The notes beneath the pieces were generated by a model. The model was not told the origin of the DNA. It searched no databases and saw nothing but the letters and a program-made list of their open reading frames with translations. From Myxococcota bacterium (GTDB lineage Bacteria > Myxococcota_C > UBA6777): a DNA stretch of 64,000 nucleotides. Below are positions 19,671 to 30,000 of the stretch, one piece after another (within the stretch, counting starts at the first letter, position 1; every line of letters starts with the position of its first letter). The stretch is from positions 1 through 64,000 of the forward strand of contig JAKLKB010000005.1 of NCBI GenBank assembly GCA_023150835.1. The letters run 5' to 3'. The position numbers were made by a program, and so were the translations under genes.

Positions 19671-20330
19671 ATGTCACCGAAGATTGTCGATAAAGAGCAG
19701 AGAAGAGAGAGTATTTTGGGCGCGGCCTTTTTGATCTTTAGTCAGAAAGGCTATCACAGCACAAAGCTGGCAGATATCGCCCAAGCAGCGGGGATCGGGC
19801 AGGGTACGTTGTACTATTATTTTCCAACGAAAGAAGAGATCTTTTGGGGAGTGTATGAGCGGATGATGGGGCGTCTCGAAGAAGAGACGCGCACACGCTT
19901 GGCCAGTTTGGAGAGTCCAAAAGCGCGGATGGAAGCTCTTGTACGGGGGATCTTTGAATCGTTTCCAGAGATCCGCCCACCTTGGCTCAACGAAGCAGAA
20001 GAAGAACGTTGGCGCGTGACAACAGGATTTTTTCAAGTGATGATGGAGTTTTGGCTGCAAGCCGAACGCAGCGGCCATCAAAAAGAATTTTTCCAGCGTT
20101 TGTCTTTGCACCAAAACGCGGTAATCAGCGTGATCAAGCTGGCATTGACGGAAGCTCGGTCGCCTTGGCCTGCGGATCTTGATCTGGACGTGGTCGCGCA
20201 CTTGTTGATCGCTTTGCGCGATGGATTGGGGCTGCAACTACGCCTCGGATTGATCGCCTCGGATGGAAAGATGTTCGAGCGCATCCATCAGTTTTTGATG
20301 GCCTTTGTGGGCAAAGAATACAACAACTGA
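19671..20330 (+). CDS. TetR/AcrR family transcriptional regulator
   Basis: FSQKGYHSTKLADIAQAAGIGQGTLYYYFPTKEEIF. Confidence 0.93.
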   Translation: MSPKIVDKEQRRESILGAAFLIFSQKGYHSTKLADIAQAAGIGQGTLYYYFPTKEEIFWGVYERMMGRLEEETRTRLASLESPKARMEALVRGIFESFPEIRPPWLNEAEEERWRVTTGFFQVMMEFWLQAERSGHQKEFFQRLSLHQNAVISVIKLALTEARSPWPADLDLDVVAHLLIALRDGLGLQLRLGLIASDGKMFERIHQFLMAFVGKEYNN

Positions 20331-20352
20331 TCGTAGGTTGGCTTCGGCAGAG

Positions 20353-21435
20353 TTAACGGTCCGCGAACTCATGGACACGGAAGCCTTCGGCTTCGGCGGC
20401 AAAGAGGATCTTTCCAGCGATCAGGATATCGCGGATCGTAAAGCTGCGAAGTTCGGTGGCAGCGTATTTTGTGGGGGCGGTAAAGCTCTTTGTAAAGTCC
20501 CACACTTCGAGCTTTCGGCTGACACCGATGCGGCTGGCGGCATCAAAGGCGTGCAATCCGCCAACGGTGGCGGTGCCTTGGGAGGCGGGTTCGCCTGCTT
20601 TGGTAAAGTTGCGACCGAGATCAAACACCTCGATATCGGGCGATCCTTCGGCGGCTTCGGCGACGGCGATCAGCGTGTTGACGTTGTCGAGAGCGTGAAA
20701 CAAAAGTTTTTGCAAACGATTACCGAGCGCACAATTGACGGAAGAGGAGGGCTTGCTCGCTTGGCCGCTTTCGATCTCGGAGACCAGCCATGCGTTGATC
20801 TTTCCGTCTTTGGTGCCTGTGTAAAGTCGCACAGGGGTTCCGTCTGTTTGGAGAACCAGTTGGATCCCTGCGCCACCCGCACCGTCATAAGCCTTGACCG
20901 CACCCGTCACGATCGCGGCTTCTGGTAAAATGGGGACATTCAACACACCCAGATCGATGCGCGCCAAGGCTTTTCCATCGCCGGGCGTCATATACATCAC
21001 GCCCGCTTGTGCGTTGATCACAAAGGGACCCGACTTAAAGGGCAATTGAACGAACTTATCTCGTCCCCACGGGGTTTTGGGTTTGTTCGGATCATCCAAA
21101 GACAGCAAAGCCATCTTGCCATCCGCGCCCACCACAACCAAGCGATTCCCAAAAAGCGTCATCCCATAGTAAGGCCCCGCAAAGATATCGACCTGCTCTT
21201 TTTTGACGGGATCTTTGGGATTGGTGATGTCGTAGACTTGAAGCTTGTTGTTTTCGTCCGTGACGTATAGCAAGTTGTCTTTGCGCAAAACCAAGGTAGA
21301 TGGGGTGTTTTCAACGCCTTTGATCAGCGTCACCAGTCCTTTAAGACCCGCTCCACACGACATCAGCACCGCAGCCCACAACAAAACACAACACATCCCA
21401 AACAGAATCCTGCTTTTTTTCCACACAGACACCAT
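20353..21435 (-). CDS. Lipoprotein with LVIVD-like beta-propeller repeats
   Basis: Lipobox LMSC, GGAGG RBS; LYVTD..LQVYDITNPKDP, LLSLDDPNKP, LFAAEAEGFRV repeats. Confidence 0.78.
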   Translation of the reverse strand: MVSVWKKSRILFGMCCVLLWAAVLMSCGAGLKGLVTLIKGVENTPSTLVLRKDNLLYVTDENNKLQVYDITNPKDPVKKEQVDIFAGPYYGMTLFGNRLVVVGADGKMALLSLDDPNKPKTPWGRDKFVQLPFKSGPFVINAQAGVMYMTPGDGKALARIDLGVLNVPILPEAAIVTGAVKAYDGAGGAGIQLVLQTDGTPVRLYTGTKDGKINAWLVSEIESGQASKPSSSVNCALGNRLQKLLFHALDNVNTLIAVAEAAEGSPDIEVFDLGRNFTKAGEPASQGTATVGGLHAFDAASRIGVSRKLEVWDFTKSFTAPTKYAATELRSFTIRDILIAGKILFAAEAEGFRVHEFADR

Positions 21436-21557
21436 CTTCAATTCCTCCACTCTGTTCGATATTCCTTCTTTGATCTGTTGTTCTTCAAGAAGCTACACAG
21501 CAAAAAAACACCCAATGTTTGCGCCATAAAGCAACACCCCGTGTTCAAACAACAAAG

Positions 21558-21678
21558 AAACACCCGTGTTCGCGGAACTTCAAGCGGCAGGGCTGTTTGT
21601 TTGAAACGCCTCTGCTCACCCCGCCGATACGGGGTCAAGGGGCCTGTGGTCCCTTGTGGGGCGTGGGGCAAAGCCCCA
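21558..21678 (-). repeat. Structured dispersed repeat, family A copy 4
   Basis: Reverse complement of the family A core. Confidence 0.85.
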
Positions 21679-21723
21679 CAATACCAAACCCCAACAAGCC
21701 GCCTCTGTGCGCCTGATTTTCAT

Positions 21724-22869
21724 TCAAACTTGGCGGAGAGCGCTTGCCCACCGAGATTGAAGATGCGCGGCTTGCGTTCGGTGTTCGTGTTGTTCGGCCA
21801 GATAAGCGTCGATGGTCTCGGGGGAACAGCGGTGCGAAAAATCAGCAAAACGAGCTTTGGCGCGCATAATCCGCCGCCATGAGGCCAACAAGCGCTCTTC
21901 CGAGATCGTGCCATCGCGCAGCGCTGCCAACACCGCTTCTGTCGCAGGCCCAAGGGCCTCCCACACACGGCACAACAAAAACACGTCGATCCCTGCCAAC
22001 AAGCCGCGAACAACGATCTCTTCGATGGGATAGTGATCGGCAACGCCCTTCATCTCTAGATCATCCGAGACCACCAGCCCATCGTAGCCCCACGCCTCGC
22101 GCAAGATATCCCGAAGGATCCGCACCGATAACGTGGCGGGAGACACAGGATCAAGCGTTGGAAACAACACGTGTGCCGTCATGATCGCGGGGAGTCCTGC
22201 TCGAGCCGCCGCCTGAAACGGCGGCCACTCGATCGATTCGAGGCGTTCGCGGGGATGCGATACGGTGGGCAGTGTCAAGTGCGAGTCTTTGTCGGTATCT
22301 CCGTGTCCGGGAAAGTGCTTGCCACACGGCATCACCCCTGCGTCGATCAAGCCCTCCGCTTTCGCCATCGCGAGACGTGCGACTTGTTCGGGTTGTTGTG
22401 CCAACGAACGATCGCCAATCACGGGGTTGTGAGGGTTGGTGTGAACATCCAAGATCGGCGCAAACACCCAATTAAATCCCGCAGCCGCAGCTTCCTCCCC
22501 AAGGATCTGTCCGTACTGTCGGGCGATATCTGTGTTGCCTTCGAGCCCCAACACCGCTGCGGGAGGGAGTTCCGTAAAAGGCGCACGCAAACGACGAACT
22601 CGCCCGCCTTCTTGATCAACTCCGATCCAAGGGGGGATGGCTTTGTTGGTTTCTGCGATGGATGTATTTAGCGAGACCAATTCGGCGGGTGTTGCGATGT
22701 TTCTGGCGAATAAGATGATGCCGCCACAATGCCCCTTCTCAAGGGCTTCTTGCAAGCCTTGTGGCAGCGTTTTTCCCTCAAATCCACACACAAACAGTTG
22801 CCCGACAAGCTCACGGATATCGCGTGGGGGTGCAAGTGGAAGCGTCTCAGGATCAATGGATTCGACCAT
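21724..22869 (-). CDS. nagZ: Beta-N-acetylhexosaminidase (GH3)
   Basis: ILFARN, VDQEGGRV, KHFPGHGDTDKDSH, MTAH, SDDLEM. Confidence 0.94.
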   Translation of the reverse strand: MVESIDPETLPLAPPRDIRELVGQLFVCGFEGKTLPQGLQEALEKGHCGGIILFARNIATPAELVSLNTSIAETNKAIPPWIGVDQEGGRVRRLRAPFTELPPAAVLGLEGNTDIARQYGQILGEEAAAAGFNWVFAPILDVHTNPHNPVIGDRSLAQQPEQVARLAMAKAEGLIDAGVMPCGKHFPGHGDTDKDSHLTLPTVSHPRERLESIEWPPFQAAARAGLPAIMTAHVLFPTLDPVSPATLSVRILRDILREAWGYDGLVVSDDLEMKGVADHYPIEEIVVRGLLAGIDVFLLCRVWEALGPATEAVLAALRDGTISEERLLASWRRIMRAKARFADFSHRCSPETIDAYLAEQHEHRTQAAHLQSRWASALRQV

Positions 22870-22937
22870 GTTCTTTGCTTTCTGCGGAAGATCGCACCAA
22901 CGGATGCTTGTATTGCCAAAGCATCGGGGGTTCGAGG

Positions 22938-23579
22938 CTACAAAAAGATCTCGACACCCGCCATCGTATTCAAACCAAGGCGGATTCCTTTGAAATCGAT
23001 CTGCTTGTAGATCGCCCAGTCAAATTGAAACAACAACCGCGCTGTAAGCGTGAGGCGCACCCGCTCAGATAGCGGTAGAACGATGCCCGCCCCCACCAAC
23101 AAACCACCAAACTCCACACGCAGGATATTGCGCTTCATCCACAACAGATTCAATTGCACATCCACAAAAAACAGCGAAAAAAACTGCCGAAGCCCTAAAC
23201 CCAACTGGCCTGTAAACAACAGCGCGACCACAGGATCGTATTCAAACCCCAACGGAAGCGCAAGAAATAGCACCGTTTGTTCTTTCCAATAGTAGCCGTA
23301 CTCGATCTGCAACTGGATATCGATATTTTGCGGCCCCACCGTCAACAGCAATCCCTCGCCGCTGGTGTTGGAATAGCGCAAGACCTGAACCCCCGGCTCC
23401 AAGCGCAAAACGACGTCCCCCAAATAACTTCTCTTGGTGGCTTGCTTTGGGGGTGTCTTCAAACTTGTTTCGGCTTTGTCTGCCTGTGCTTGCGCTGGAC
23501 GCTGCAAGCCCACGCACAACCCCCCGATCCAACCAACCCACAGCGCGCACACAAACCATCTCTTCAACAGATGACGCAT
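22938..23579 (-). CDS. Secreted hypothetical protein, probable outer-membrane beta-barrel
   Basis: Signal peptide (..PAQA|QA), alternating amphipathic strands, C-terminal GVEIFL. Confidence 0.65.
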   Translation of the reverse strand: MRHLLKRWFVCALWVGWIGGLCVGLQRPAQAQADKAETSLKTPPKQATKRSYLGDVVLRLEPGVQVLRYSNTSGEGLLLTVGPQNIDIQLQIEYGYYWKEQTVLFLALPLGFEYDPVVALLFTGQLGLGLRQFFSLFFVDVQLNLLWMKRNILRVEFGGLLVGAGIVLPLSERVRLTLTARLLFQFDWAIYKQIDFKGIRLGLNTMAGVEIFL

Positions 23580-23747
23580 CCGACATCCAAAACCTTCGGT
23601 GGTTCGGGCGATTCCCCGCATGGAAACAGCACACGACCCCCACAGACTCATCCGTTGAGATACAACAGATCCGCTCTGTGGCGCAAGTGAGCTTAGGCAC
23701 GAGGAACACGGTTGGGAGCGCAGAAAAGTCATGCCGATGGTGTTTGC

Positions 23748-23866
23748 GGGGCGTTGCCCCATACCCCACAAGGGACCTTCGGTCCCTTGACCCCGTATCG
23801 GCGAAGAGATCGTTTGCTTTTCAAACAGACAACTCTGTCGCTTGAGATGCCGCGAACACGGGGGTT
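23748..23866 (+). repeat. Structured dispersed repeat, family A copy 5
   Basis: Family A core directly abutting the family B tandem. Confidence 0.85.
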
Positions 23867-23867
23867 A

Positions 23868-24096
23868 GACGAGATCCGCCCGTAGTGTGATCGTAAAAAC
23901 GTAGGGGCAGACAGGTGTGGCTGCCCCAGAATAGGGCGTCTACGCACGACCCTTCGATCACACATCACATGGGTATCGTATTATACGAGATCCGCCCTTT
24001 GTGTGATCGTGAGGATGTAGGAGCAGACAGGTGTGTCTGCCCGATCATAGGGCATCTACGTACTCTCCTTTGTGTACGCATCACTCGGATATCGTA
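23868..24096 (+). mobile_element. Two tandem 113-bp MITE-like elements (family B copies 3 and 4)
   Basis: TTA-[23868-23980]-TTA-[23984-24096]-TTA. Confidence 0.88.
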
Positions 24097-27000
24097 TTAC
24101 GTCGACGAAGAGCGAGGGCGGAAACGACGGGCAACAAACAAGACGAACAACAGCAGCAAGGCCCATATCCCCCAAGCCAAGGCTTTTTTCAATGGAGGCG
24201 TGTGAAGTAGCTGGAGTTGCAAACGCGGCTTGGCTCCCGGGGTCGTGTAAGAGGAGAACTGGCCCACAGAAGGCATCTCAAAGGCTTTCTGTGGGGTCGT
24301 GCGTTGGGCCGCCTCTTGGGGCGTCGGTGCCAAATTTTGTTGAAGGATCTGTTGCGGTAGAAAGCGTTGCCAATTACGCGGACTGGCGGGGGCCTGCTGC
24401 GTATAACGCGGTCGCATTTGTTGGATGGTTTGGGTAATGCGTCCGAGGCGTTCTTGGATATCCTTGGTTTGGCGGGCTTGTTGGCGGTTCAGTTTGCCCG
24501 ACTGAAGCTGCCAAGAAAGCTGAGAATTCAAGGCTTGGGTTTGTTGGGCGGATTGTTGGAGTGTGGACAATTGCTGAGCGAGGTTGCTTTGCGCTCTTCG
24601 TCGTTGCGCTTCTGGGCCTGTATCCGAGAGCTTTTGGAGCTTTTGCAAGAAAGACAGGCCTTGTTCGAGCCGATTGTAAGAGGCGCGCAATGTGACGGTC
24701 TCTTCCATATTGCCGTCACTGCGCAAGATCTGCCATCCGCTCGGTAAAGCCACATCCCAAAAGCTCTCGACGACCTCGATCCCTTCGAGATGTGGAGCGG
24801 GCATCTCCAACGCAGGAGCTGTCCCTGTCAGCGCAAACTGGTGGGCATACAAGACACGGATCTCGTAAGCGAGATCGGCGAATTGACGCGGTGGCAAGGG
24901 GATCAAAAACCGCTGGGGTGGATCTTTGGGCGAGCGCGCTGGCAAGACAGGTCGTTCTTGCACGCGGATCTGCCAAAGCTGCGCACCTTCGGGCAAGCGC
25001 AACGGCAACATCTGCAGGCCGGGGGTTCGTAAGCGATAACGTGCCTCGGTCCACGCTTGCCCTTGTTCAGCGATCGCGGTGCGCAAGTGCGCGGCTTCCA
25101 CGATCGGCTGCATCGCCACATCGGTCTTTAACAAGATGCGTTGCAACGCCATCGACCACATTTCTTCGCGGGCGCGAAATGCCGCAAACACCCCGCCTGT
25201 ACCTTGTGAAGGCGTGCTCTCTTGTAAGAAATCGTTCGGCAAAGCAGACGAAGAGATCTCATCCAGACCTTTTCGCTCCTTGGCATCGAGAGAGACACGG
25301 ACTTCGGAAACTTTTCGCAGTGCAAAAAAGGTTTCTTGTTGCTCGACGCCTTCGGCACGAACAAAGGGCAACGTCACCGTCCCGTTGCGCGGGATCGGCA
25401 AACGCATCAAAAAGCGCAGATGCAGATCTTTTTTCAATTGCACCCAAGACAGCGCAAACGAAGTGCGTCCTTCTTTGGTGGTTTGTTCGAGGCGTGCGCC
25501 GCTTGGCCTATCGATCTCGATCTGATCGGCCCAAACGGTGGGGACGGAAAAGGCAAAGACCTTGGAACCCGGACCCATCGCCACAAAGCGAACCCCGACG
25601 TGTGCGCTCACTTGATCGGGCTGCACCAGCACGTTGTAGTGCGTCGTGGCCCGTTGTTCGCTTGGGATCACACGAGACGACAAACGCACACGATATTCAC
25701 CCACGATCTTGAAAAACAGACGCTTCTCTTGTTCCCGCATATCGGGCGCATCCGAAGGCAGTTCTTCTTCGTCTAGCGTACCCGCAACCAGCCCTTGCAC
25801 CTCGTCGCTTTGAAGCTCCAACGTCGGCAAAGACAACACCCACAGCCCCCCCGTCAGCTTTTGCGTCCCATGAAACCGCAGCGACGGCGCTTCGGAACGC
25901 AACGCAGAGCTTGGCATCAAGGCGTCGATGTGAAAGACCTGCCCCCGATGAAGAGGCTGTGCAAACTCGATCACCCATTCGCGGATCTGCCCATGCAGCG
26001 GTCCTTTCCACACCTGACGGATCGCTGCCCCCATCGAGGTCTCGATGCGGCGAAAGCGCAAGGCGTCGGGAACTTGCAAGCGCAGCGTAAAACGCGGCTG
26101 TTTGAGTTGTTTGATCTCGACCTTTGCCCAAAAACGCGACGTGGTCGGAAGTGACGACAAGACCGCTTGCAGATCGATGTGCATCATCGGATCACGCCAG
26201 CGCAAGGCGAGATGTAGCGCGGGTTGACGCTGGTACGCATACGCCAACTGCACCGTTCCACCCCATTGTTGGGAGGCTCCATCGTAGGCTTCGGGAGTCC
26301 GCTTTTCGGCGTGTTCGGATTGCAAGATCGTCCATTGGATCGAAGAAGCGGCAGAAAGCCCGACAAAGCCGACGTGTTGAGCAGCAGAAACAGGCTCCAA
26401 CAAAGGCAACTGCAGCCGCTGATCAACCTTTTCGTGCAAGCGAACTATTTGGATACGCAGATCCGCCCGCTGGACGGGTTCTTCAAAGATCACCGTCAAT
26501 TGTTGTCTTTTGTCGGGGGTGCGCAGCAGATTCCATGCGCGAATTTGCGTGCCTTGGATGGATTCGAGCTGCACCTCCGCAGGCAACCAAAAAGACACAC
26601 GATCATGCTTGCGAAACTGCCGTTGGATCTGGAGGCGGGTTTGGATGCGGATCAACGCTTCGCGGATCGTGACATGATGATACGCCTGAATCTGCGGTGC
26701 CTCGGGCTCTTCGGCTTGCACTTCACGCTGCGCCCAACGAACGCTCAGATCGCGTGTGGCTCCCAAGATCGCATCCACCACCGTTTCCGAGGCCGTTTGC
26801 GTCTGTGACCATCCGCCTGCTTGCTCTGAAAACGACATCTGCCAAGAGCCTTTCGGCAGGTGAAGCCGCAAAGAAGCCCCACTCATCGGGGATAACTGCA
26901 AAAACAGGTGGCGATGGTAAGCTTTTTGTTCGGGCAGCGAAAAGGACAGACGCAATCGCACCCGGCCCGGGCCTTGCAAAAAAGCCGTGTATCCGTCCGT

Positions 27001-30000
27001 TCCAACATCCAACGTCACATTCTCTTCGACGCCCCACCCTTGTTCTTTTCCACGCAAAGCACCTTGCGCCCGTTGCATCTTGGCGGCCTGCAAACGCGCC
27101 CCCTTGAGGCCCAACGGGATACGTTGCCACGTTGGATTCAAGAGATGAAGGTCCACCACCATCTCGCCTTCGGTGCTACGGGCCTCTTGGACGCGGAGCG
27201 TGTAATGGGCCTGCCCCCACCATCCCACCGCTGCGGCAGGACGACACGGAAGCTGACGACGTTGTAAGCCTTCCCACAACGCTCGGCGCAAAAAGACGGG
27301 CGTTTGCGGTGTCAACAGATTGGCCTCTCCTTTTTTCGCGATCTCGGGCAGAAACACGGGCAGATGTTTGGGAAGGGTCCGTTGGATCTGGGCTTGGCTT
27401 TCGGGCGGACAAGGCGGCAGATCTTGCGCAGACGCCTCGCGACCTGCAGCCATCGCACCGAACCACAAGACCACCGAAACCACCGCGATACGCGCTTGTT
27501 TGCGGCCCAACAACACGCTCACAACCCAAGCCAAGCCGATCCCCGCAAGCAAACCGTTGCTCGCCATCCGCGCCATATCCTCAAACAGCATCGACGCCAA
27601 CCCCACAAAAAACAGCGAACCACCAAAGAACAACCAGCGCCGTTGGACCCACCACACGCCGCAAGCCAGCCACAACAGCAAGCCCAGCAGCACGATCAAG
27701 CCCATCATCACGCGCACCACTTCGCCTTGCCACAGCACCACCGCGATCTCGGGAACCGCCCCAAGGCTCGTCCCTGACAATCGCCATCCGTGTGGCTCCG
27801 CGCCCACAGGCAACGAACGGATCCCGCGCATCATCCGCGCATCCGCACCTTTGAACGCCATCTGCATACTGCGCTCGATCTCTTTGCTGCGCTTCTCCAA
27901 TTCGGACGCCACTTTGTACTCAGTTTTCTTGCCTTTCTTCTGGCCGCCAAGCTTGGGTTTTCTTTTCAACCCCCCGACATCACCGCTCGGAGCGTTGGCA
28001 TCGTCGCTGTCGCTTTCCGCTTTTTTTCCATAAGTCCCCAGATTACCGATCCCAGTCATGCTCGAAGGCTTGGAATCGTCCTTTCCATCTTTTCCACCCA
28101 GCAGGCCCAAGATCCCGAGTTTTTGGGCTTGTTGCTCTTTTCCTTCGCCGCGCTCTTCATTTTTGGTGGCGATCTCGCTTCGTTTTTTGCTGTCCTCTTC
28201 TTTGTCTTCTGGGCGAGGCGAAGGCTCAGCATCTTTCGGGGCCTCTTGGGTGCTCTTTTCTACCGCGCTTGGTTCGGGAGAAGTTTCTACCGCGCTTGGT
28301 TCGGGAGAAGCTTCTCTGACGATGCGTGCTGGAGGCGGCGGTGGCGCGGGGGGTTCAGCAGGAGCGTTGACCACCGACGGCTTGGGCATCTCCAGTTGTG
28401 GGGCGGGTTGCTGTTGAGGAACTTTTGCATCGTCTTCATCCGCCGAACGGGCAGACCGCGTTGATCGGGATTCTTCCATCGGCATCGGCATCGGCTTTTT
28501 CGGCGCGTAGTACCGTCGCGACTTTCGAGCCAATTGGCGATAGTAGACATTGGGACCCGCAGGGGCAGGGGCTGCCGTTGCGGCTGGCGAAGACGGCGCA
28601 GCGTCGTAACGTTGGGATCTCTCCCCTCCACGAGCGCCAACGCCAGAAGAAGCGCCAGACCTTCTTCCTCGCCCGCCCATCCGACCTTCGCGTTGCGGAG
28701 CGCTGTCAACATCCAACGTGCTGGAAGATTTCTGCTCGTCTCGGTGAATGTATCTTGAGAAACGATTCGACCGAGACATCGACATTTCGGGCGGCGCTTG
28801 TTTGGTGTAGCGCATCGAAGACGGCAACAGAAACACCATCCCCACCATCAACAAGATCACCAACCCGATGCTCAAACGCCAACGCAAAAGGAACCACCGC
28901 AAGATCCACCACACCCAAGCCCGCAACCACCACAGCACCACCAAGAAAACGAAGAAAAACGCCAACGCTTGGAGATCGCTATCTGCTTGAAGGCGGTTGA
29001 GGGCGCGCAACATCAACACATCGGGCTGCGCCGAAGAGGACATCTGGATCGTCGTTCCCGCAAAGATCGGGTGCATCGAGCCTTCGACAAACAGATTCCA
29101 TTGTGTTTGTTGGATCGGGTAGGTCACTTGCGGCGCTTTGGCTCGCAAAACTTCGCGTGGCTTCAGACGTTCGGCAAAACGCACCGTGTAAAAAACACGG
29201 ATCTGATGATCTTCGCGGTGCAAACCACCAAACAGCGGAACTTGGATCCGCTGCTTTTCGCGCAAAGGCTTCACGCCTTTGCCGTTGAGCGAAACCGACC
29301 ACATCTCCGCACCTTCGGGAAGCTGCGCTTCAAAAAAGGCCAAACTTTGACTGCGCAGATGCCATGTCACAGAAACCCGCATCACTCCCGATGCAAGGAC
29401 TTCTCCGTCGATCTGCATCGAACGCACAAGCACCTGCAACGTCTGGTGCGGATCATAACGGCGCACTTCGACATCCAACACAGGCTGCGCACCCGAGGAA
29501 CGATACACCACCAACGGCGTGATCGCCGCTTTGGGATGAACAGGCGGCGGCAAAAGATCGGGTTCGATCAACGTCCATTGGCGGGGCAACAGCTTCAACG
29601 AAACGCGCTCTCCCCCTGCAACCGCCGCCCACATCCGCAACGAACCCGCATCTGGCGAAGACAACGTCGGCAAAGCCAACTGGCGATCTTGAGGATTCAA
29701 ACGTCGCTGAAAACGCAGCGTGATCGGGATTTGACCATAGACTTCACGTGAAAGCTCGATCTCCCACTGCATCGAACCATCCGCATTTTCGGCTGTTTTT
29801 TGCTGTGCGATCTCGACTTGCGGCGACAACACCAACCAAGAAAAACCGTTGGCGCGCTTGGCGACCAAACGAAGGCGGCGTATACCTGCCCGCTGGATCC
29901 GCACAAACGCATCGAGATCACCCGTCAACATCGCATCGTTGACGTGATAACGCCCCACAGCCCACAATCGGATCTCTGGCTTTTTGCGTGCGATCTGCAA

